Under the pieces are notes generated by a model. The model saw only the letters and a list, made by a program, of their open reading frames with translations, was not told the origin of the DNA and made no database searches. A program made the translations under genes and the position numbers. Of a DNA stretch of 64,000 nucleotides, positions 59,558 through 64,000 are shown piece by piece. This DNA comes from an uncultured Thermodesulfobacteriota bacterium (GTDB lineage Bacteria > Desulfobacterota > WTBG01 > CAIYCZ01). How positions within the stretch are numbered: position 1 is the first letter of the stretch; each line of letters starts with the position of its first letter. The stretch covers positions 1,290 to 65,289 of the forward strand of contig CAZQKW010000017.1 in assembly GCA_964594075.1 (NCBI GenBank), read 5' to 3'.

Positions 59558-61660
59558 ATGAGCAAAGATGTCTACAGTTTGTGTTTCATGTGCTCCATCC
59601 GATGCCCCATCAAGGTGAGCATTAAAGACGGGCAGGCGGTCTTGATAGAGGGCAATTCCCACGCAGCGGGAATGGCTACTTCTCTGTGCCCCAAAGGGGC
59701 AGCAGGAATTGCCCTGCTGAATGATAACCAGCGGGTTCAATATCCCCAGATTCGTGAAGACCAACGTGGCGCAGGCAAATGGCGCATGGTCTCCTGGGAT
59801 GAGGCTCTGGATTATACAGCCGCCAAAATCAAGGCCATTACGGATCAATACGGCCCGGAAAGCCTGGTCCTGGGCGAACGGTTCAACCTGGGAACCCATG
59901 TGAGCCAGACCTTTATGAATGCTTTGGGCTCGCCCAATTATTTTTCCCATAATGCCCTGTGCAAAGGTTCGTCCAATACAGCCTTCCGTTCCCTGTTCGG
60001 TTGTACGGACGATCAGATGGGAGCGGACATGAAGGGAGCCAAGCACATTGTCCTTTATGGCCGCAATTTTTTGGAAGCCATTGAAGTTAGGCCCGTTAAG
60101 ACGCTCATGAATGCTATCAAGAACGGGACAAAGCTGACCTACATAGATCCCCGCGTCACCGTTACCGCCACCAAGGCCCACCGGTACTGGATGATTCGGC
60201 CCGGAACCGATCTGGCCCTGAATTATGCCTTGATGCACGTCCTGCTCCGGGAAAAGCTGTATGATGCGGAATTTGTGGAGCGATGGGTGCTGGGGCTTTC
60301 GGAACTAAAAGCCTTTGTGGAACCCTGCACCCCCCAATGGGCGGAAAAAGAAACCGGCATTCCGGCCGCAGAAATTCTGGAACTGGCCCTTGAATCAGCC
60401 GCTCTCAAACCAACCCTGTTTTTTCACGGATACCGTGCGGCCCATCATACCAATGAGATTTATTTCCGTCGCTCTATACTTATGCTGAACGTCCTCATGG
60501 GAAATATTGAAAGCCCCGGCGGGTATTATTTCGCAAAAGGTCCCGGTGCGGTCGGCGGAAAAGCACCCCGCTTTTTGACGAATCAGAAATTTCCTGAGAA
60601 ATCAATGCCGGTACGCTTTGACAAGGTGGGAACCCCGGAGTTTCCCCTGCCGGACCCCGATCACGGAGAAGCCCACATGCTGCCCCAGGCCATCCTGAAC
60701 GCGGATCCCTATCCCATCAAGGCATTCATCGCCAACCGCTTTGATGTCATCGGTTCCATACCCGACAGCAATCAAACGAAAAGGGCCCTGGACAAACTTG
60801 ATTTGATTGTGGTCATTGACATCAATTACAGCAATACGGCCTGGTATGCGGATGTGATCCTGCCGGAATCCATCTATCTGGAACGCACTGACTGTGTTAT
60901 GCCGGTCAATGGCCTGAAGCCCCAGATCTTTTTGAGAAAACAGGCGGTACAACCCCGGTATGACACCCGCGAGGCCTGCATGATTTTCAAAGGACTGGCG
61001 GATCGGCTGGGAATCGGGCACTATTTCCCCTATCAAAACATGGATGACCTGGTTTCCTGGCAATTGGAGGGAACCGGATTTGCCCCGGCAGATTTTGCGG
61101 CCAAAGGATTTGTGGAATACGTCAAGGATCAGATTTCCTGGGATCGCAAAGACGGATTGATGATTAATACCCCATCGGGCAAGATCGAATTCACCTCTTC
61201 GTTGCTGGAAAATGCAGGCATTCCCTCTTTTCCGGCCTATGAATCCATGCCGTCTCCGCCACAAGGCCGGTTTCGCCTGCTCACCGGCCGGCTGGCCCTG
61301 CATACCCATGTTTCCACCCAAAACAATCTGTATTTGAATGAATTGTTTCCGGAAAATGTCCTGTGGATTCATAAACAGAAAGCGGCAGCCCTGGGAATCA
61401 AAGACGGAGAAAGGGTCAGAGTCTCCTCTTCGTTCGGCTCCGGCGAGATAAATGCCTTTGTAACCGATCTCATCTACCCGGAGTCAGTGTTTATGGTGCA
61501 CGGTTTCGGACAAAAAAACAAAAAAGCGACCCGTGCCTTTGGAAAAGGGCTGTCCGATGCCGAACTTGAGGAAAACATCAGCGATAGGGTGGGCGGCAGC
61601 CCGGCTTACCATCACACCTTTGTCACCGTTGATAAAATAGAACAGGCAGGCCTATCATGA
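59558..61660 (+). CDS. Molybdopterin oxidoreductase catalytic subunit (PsrA/PhsA-like), no Tat signal
   Basis: CFMCSIRC..CPKG 4Fe-4S motif directly at the N-terminus, ALCKG (Cys ligand), IDPR, PGTDLA, LPESIYLE, RLALHTH. Confidence 0.9.
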   Translation: MSKDVYSLCFMCSIRCPIKVSIKDGQAVLIEGNSHAAGMATSLCPKGAAGIALLNDNQRVQYPQIREDQRGAGKWRMVSWDEALDYTAAKIKAITDQYGPESLVLGERFNLGTHVSQTFMNALGSPNYFSHNALCKGSSNTAFRSLFGCTDDQMGADMKGAKHIVLYGRNFLEAIEVRPVKTLMNAIKNGTKLTYIDPRVTVTATKAHRYWMIRPGTDLALNYALMHVLLREKLYDAEFVERWVLGLSELKAFVEPCTPQWAEKETGIPAAEILELALESAALKPTLFFHGYRAAHHTNEIYFRRSILMLNVLMGNIESPGGYYFAKGPGAVGGKAPRFLTNQKFPEKSMPVRFDKVGTPEFPLPDPDHGEAHMLPQAILNADPYPIKAFIANRFDVIGSIPDSNQTKRALDKLDLIVVIDINYSNTAWYADVILPESIYLERTDCVMPVNGLKPQIFLRKQAVQPRYDTREACMIFKGLADRLGIGHYFPYQNMDDLVSWQLEGTGFAPADFAAKGFVEYVKDQISWDRKDGLMINTPSGKIEFTSSLLENAGIPSFPAYESMPSPPQGRFRLLTGRLALHTHVSTQNNLYLNELFPENVLWIHKQKAAALGIKDGERVRVSSSFGSGEINAFVTDLIYPESVFMVHGFGQKNKKATRAFGKGLSDAELEENISDRVGGSPAYHHTFVTVDKIEQAGLS

Positions 61661-62160
61661 GTAAATATTATCTACTTCATGACAACAGCCAGTGTATCGA
61701 ATGCCATGCGTGCGAGGTTCAGTGCAAAGTCAATAAATCACTTCCCGTGGGACCCAAACCCTGCCAGGTCTTCAGCATTGGCCTCCAACTTGAAGAGAAG
61801 CTGCCTCGCGCCACCTATGTTTTTGTCTCTTGCTACCATTGCAAAAAACCCGTATGCGTGGCCGACTGTAAAACCGGAGCCATTCAGATCCGGCCGAACG
61901 ACGGCATTGTTTTTATTAGCAAGGCAGACTGTAACGGCTGCAAGGCATGTATTTCTGCCTGCCCTTGGGGTGCGATCCAATGGGACCCGGAAGCGAAGCA
62001 GGCGGTCAAGTGCGACTACTGCATGGATCGAATTGATCAGGGCCTGAAACCAGCCTGTGTCAGCATCTGCACGACCCAGTGCCTTGATTTTACCGCCCCG
62101 GATAAGGTTCCCAAGATAAAACGGTATGTCCGTGTTGGCGGAAAATTGAAAAGTAAGTGA
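61657..62160 (+). CDS. 4Fe-4S dicluster electron-transfer subunit (PsrB/DmsB-like)
   Basis: CIECHAC..C, CYHC..PVCV..C, CNGCKAC..ACP, KCDYC..PACV..C. Confidence 0.92.
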   Translation: MSKYYLLHDNSQCIECHACEVQCKVNKSLPVGPKPCQVFSIGLQLEEKLPRATYVFVSCYHCKKPVCVADCKTGAIQIRPNDGIVFISKADCNGCKACISACPWGAIQWDPEAKQAVKCDYCMDRIDQGLKPACVSICTTQCLDFTAPDKVPKIKRYVRVGGKLKSK

Positions 62161-62377
62161 TGTGATCACTTCGTGATTACTCTTAAAGCGATAATACAAA
62201 ATTGCACCTCAACATTTTTTATAGATACAGCTGACCTTCTTGAACAGTTTATTCTATTTTGCAAAAAACAGCAGGAAAGTCTTTCTTATGATCAAAGCAG
62301 CCAAAAAAATTTGTCGTCAGATGAGTCAAGGCCGCCTGTGTTGAGGCTGCCGCAACCAGTCAAGGAGTTAATGACCA

Positions 62378-62800
62378 ATGACTGCATCATTGGTGCTTTT
62401 GTTCAAGTTCATATACGACATTGTCAAACGTTTGACCCATGACGGATATTTCAGAGCACTTGGCAGCGTGCTCCTGCTGCTGCTCCTGGCCGGCACACTT
62501 GAATTATGGCTGGTCGAGGGTCGGACGCTTCTCCACGCCTTTACCTATGCGTCGCTTACCATGGCGATGAATTCTCCCTACGGTACCGGTTGGGGCCCTG
62601 AAACAGTCAGCGGTACCATCTTCTATATCATCTTCCACTTCTTAGGCGTTGGTCTCTTCCTCCTCTTTGTTCTTGAAGCGGGTAAGACCATGGTTCAGTC
62701 CTATGAGGATTTTTTCAAGAAGATGGCTGAGCGCAAAGCAAAGAAGCAGGCAAAGAACATATCGGCTGCCAACACAATGGAAGATACGGCAGGCCATTAG
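62378..62800 (+). CDS. Small 2-TM NaK/KcsA-type channel homologue with atypical filter
   Basis: TM1-VEG-pore helix-GP-T..G-TM2 layout as in NaK, but the filter region reads TMAMNSPYGTGWGP. AAGGAG RBS. Confidence 0.65.
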   Translation: MTASLVLLFKFIYDIVKRLTHDGYFRALGSVLLLLLLAGTLELWLVEGRTLLHAFTYASLTMAMNSPYGTGWGPETVSGTIFYIIFHFLGVGLFLLFVLEAGKTMVQSYEDFFKKMAERKAKKQAKNISAANTMEDTAGH

Positions 62801-62847
62801 GTGATCAGGGTGGACAGCATGTGTGATACGGTTCAACAGGAGAATAA

Positions 62848-64000
62848 ATGAGAAAGCGAGCCACAGAAGTGCTTCTCCTGGTAGCGGTAATAACGCTGGC
62901 CATCGGTTGTAGTGCATCGTATGCTCACGAAGAGGCTGCGCTGGTCATCACCGTGGACGGCGAAACCACCGCGCCCGCATTGCCGCCCGGTTGGCTTGAA
63001 CGCGATACGCTCACCGGCGACTGGGGCGGCAGAGGAACCTGGTTGAAGGAACGTGGCATCACGCTTAAGCCACTGCTCACACAGTTCAATCAGGGGCTGA
63101 CTTCGGGTGATGATGCACACAACTTTGAATACGGCGGCAAGGCTGACCTCCTGCTTAATGCTGACCTCAGCAAACTCGGATTTTGGGACGGTTTTTCATT
63201 GACCATCCATGCAGAATACAACTATGGCCACAGTGTCAATGGACGCGGCGGCACGATAGCACTGGTGAATACCGCGCTGTATTTTCCGGGGATAAAAGGC
63301 GCTGATCGCTCTGATCTGTCAAGCGTCTATTTGGGGCAGAGATTCGGCAATTCCGTTTCCCTGCTGTTCGGCAAGATCAACATCATCGATATCGCTGGTG
63401 CCAGACCATTCGCAGGCGGTGCCGGCATTGATTCGTTCTGGAATATTGTTTTCGTTGCACCGCCCAGCGGCACGGTCCCTCCGTACCTCTTTGGTGCTCT
63501 TCTCAGCTTGCGGACCGAGTCCGCCACCCTCGGCTTGTGGGTCTATGATCCGGACGACATGACTAATAAGTCACCCCTCGATAAACCTTTCGCCAATGGT
63601 GTCACGTTCCGGGGGACCGTTGAATTCCCCGTCACCATCGCCGGCCGCAGCGGTCATCAGGGACTTGTCGCCCTTTACAGCACCAAAGACGGCACCGAAA
63701 AGGATGACCCCAGGGACACTCTTATTCCGCTGTGGCCCAAAAAAGTTGGCATCAAGAACGATCGTTATTACTTCGCCTATACGTTCGACCAGTATCTCTA
63801 TCAGTCAAAAGAGAACCCCAGGGAAGGCTTTGGGCTATTTGGACAGTTCGGCATCTCGGACGGCAATCCTAACAGGCTGTACTGGTCGGGCCACGTAGGG
63901 GTGGGCGGCGTCGGCTTGATTCCGTGCCGAAGCCGTAACGCTTGGGGGGTCGGCTACTATTATGCTGCACCGAGCCCTGATCTGAAAGATTTGCTTGCAC
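62848..64000 (+). CDS. oprB: Carbohydrate-selective porin, OprB family (3' partial)
   Basis: Manual translation is open to the window end. Signal peptide, RDTLTGDWGG..WLKERGI, FGKIN, FDQYLY, GLFGQFG. Absent from the ORF track because it has no stop. Confidence 0.85.
   Translation, partial: MRKRATEVLLLVAVITLAIGCSASYAHEEAALVITVDGETTAPALPPGWLERDTLTGDWGGRGTWLKERGITLKPLLTQFNQGLTSGDDAHNFEYGGKADLLLNADLSKLGFWDGFSLTIHAEYNYGHSVNGRGGTIALVNTALYFPGIKGADRSDLSSVYLGQRFGNSVSLLFGKINIIDIAGARPFAGGAGIDSFWNIVFVAPPSGTVPPYLFGALLSLRTESATLGLWVYDPDDMTNKSPLDKPFANGVTFRGTVEFPVTIAGRSGHQGLVALYSTKDGTEKDDPRDTLIPLWPKKVGIKNDRYYFAYTFDQYLYQSKENPREGFGLFGQFGISDGNPNRLYWSGHVGVGGVGLIPCRSRNAWGVGYYYAAPSPDLKDLLA

Noticed and set aside
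59411-61372. Long antisense ORFs (275 and 256 aa) over the molybdoenzyme gene
   Set aside because: Shadow ORFs with no recognisable domain.
62173-62442. 89-aa ORF after the 4Fe-4S subunit
   Set aside because: No RBS or motif, and it overlaps the RBS and start of the channel gene.
1-64000. CRISPR arrays, rRNA, tRNA, intact transposases/integrases
   Set aside because: None was recognised by eye. tRNAscan-SE, cmscan and a CRISPR finder would be needed to exclude them formally.

Overview
64 kb of bacterial chromosome, most likely a Desulfobacterota (deltaproteobacterial) anaerobe; this taxonomy is inferred from gene content only. Bases ~1-42,700 are mostly core genes: queC, udk, yggT-divIVA-yggU, hisG, truA, gmhB, purB, an acyl-CoA ligase, lnt, prfB with a +1 frameshift, nfo, dgt, aroF, two AsmA-family genes and a tungsten-type aldehyde:ferredoxin oxidoreductase (AOR). 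This part also has a TetR-linked FAD/Fe-S/FAD oxidoreductase operon and a membrane adenylate cyclase-TPR-degenerate HD-GYP fusion. Bases ~42,800-64,000 look like an accessory mosaic: pgm-pgi-gnd-pgl without zwf, a GH63 glucosidase, a sigma54 activator, a signal-less PsrA/PsrB-like pair, a NaK-like channel with an odd filter and an OprB porin. Several gene remnants lie in between (type IIG restriction enzyme, lipoprotein, AOR, EutC). The best signals are not in the ORF track: (1) a Phe/Tyr-rich 20-aa leader peptide with a complete five-segment attenuator before aroF; (2) a P3-less Moco/Tuco-type riboswitch before the AOR, whose core is perfectly complementary to the AOR ribosome-binding site; (3) a standalone 28-aa Lys/Ala-rich CxC peptide gene with its own promoter, RBS and terminator; (4) two copies of a ~111-bp IS200/IS605-like miniature element. 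No rRNA, tRNA or CRISPR array was recognised.
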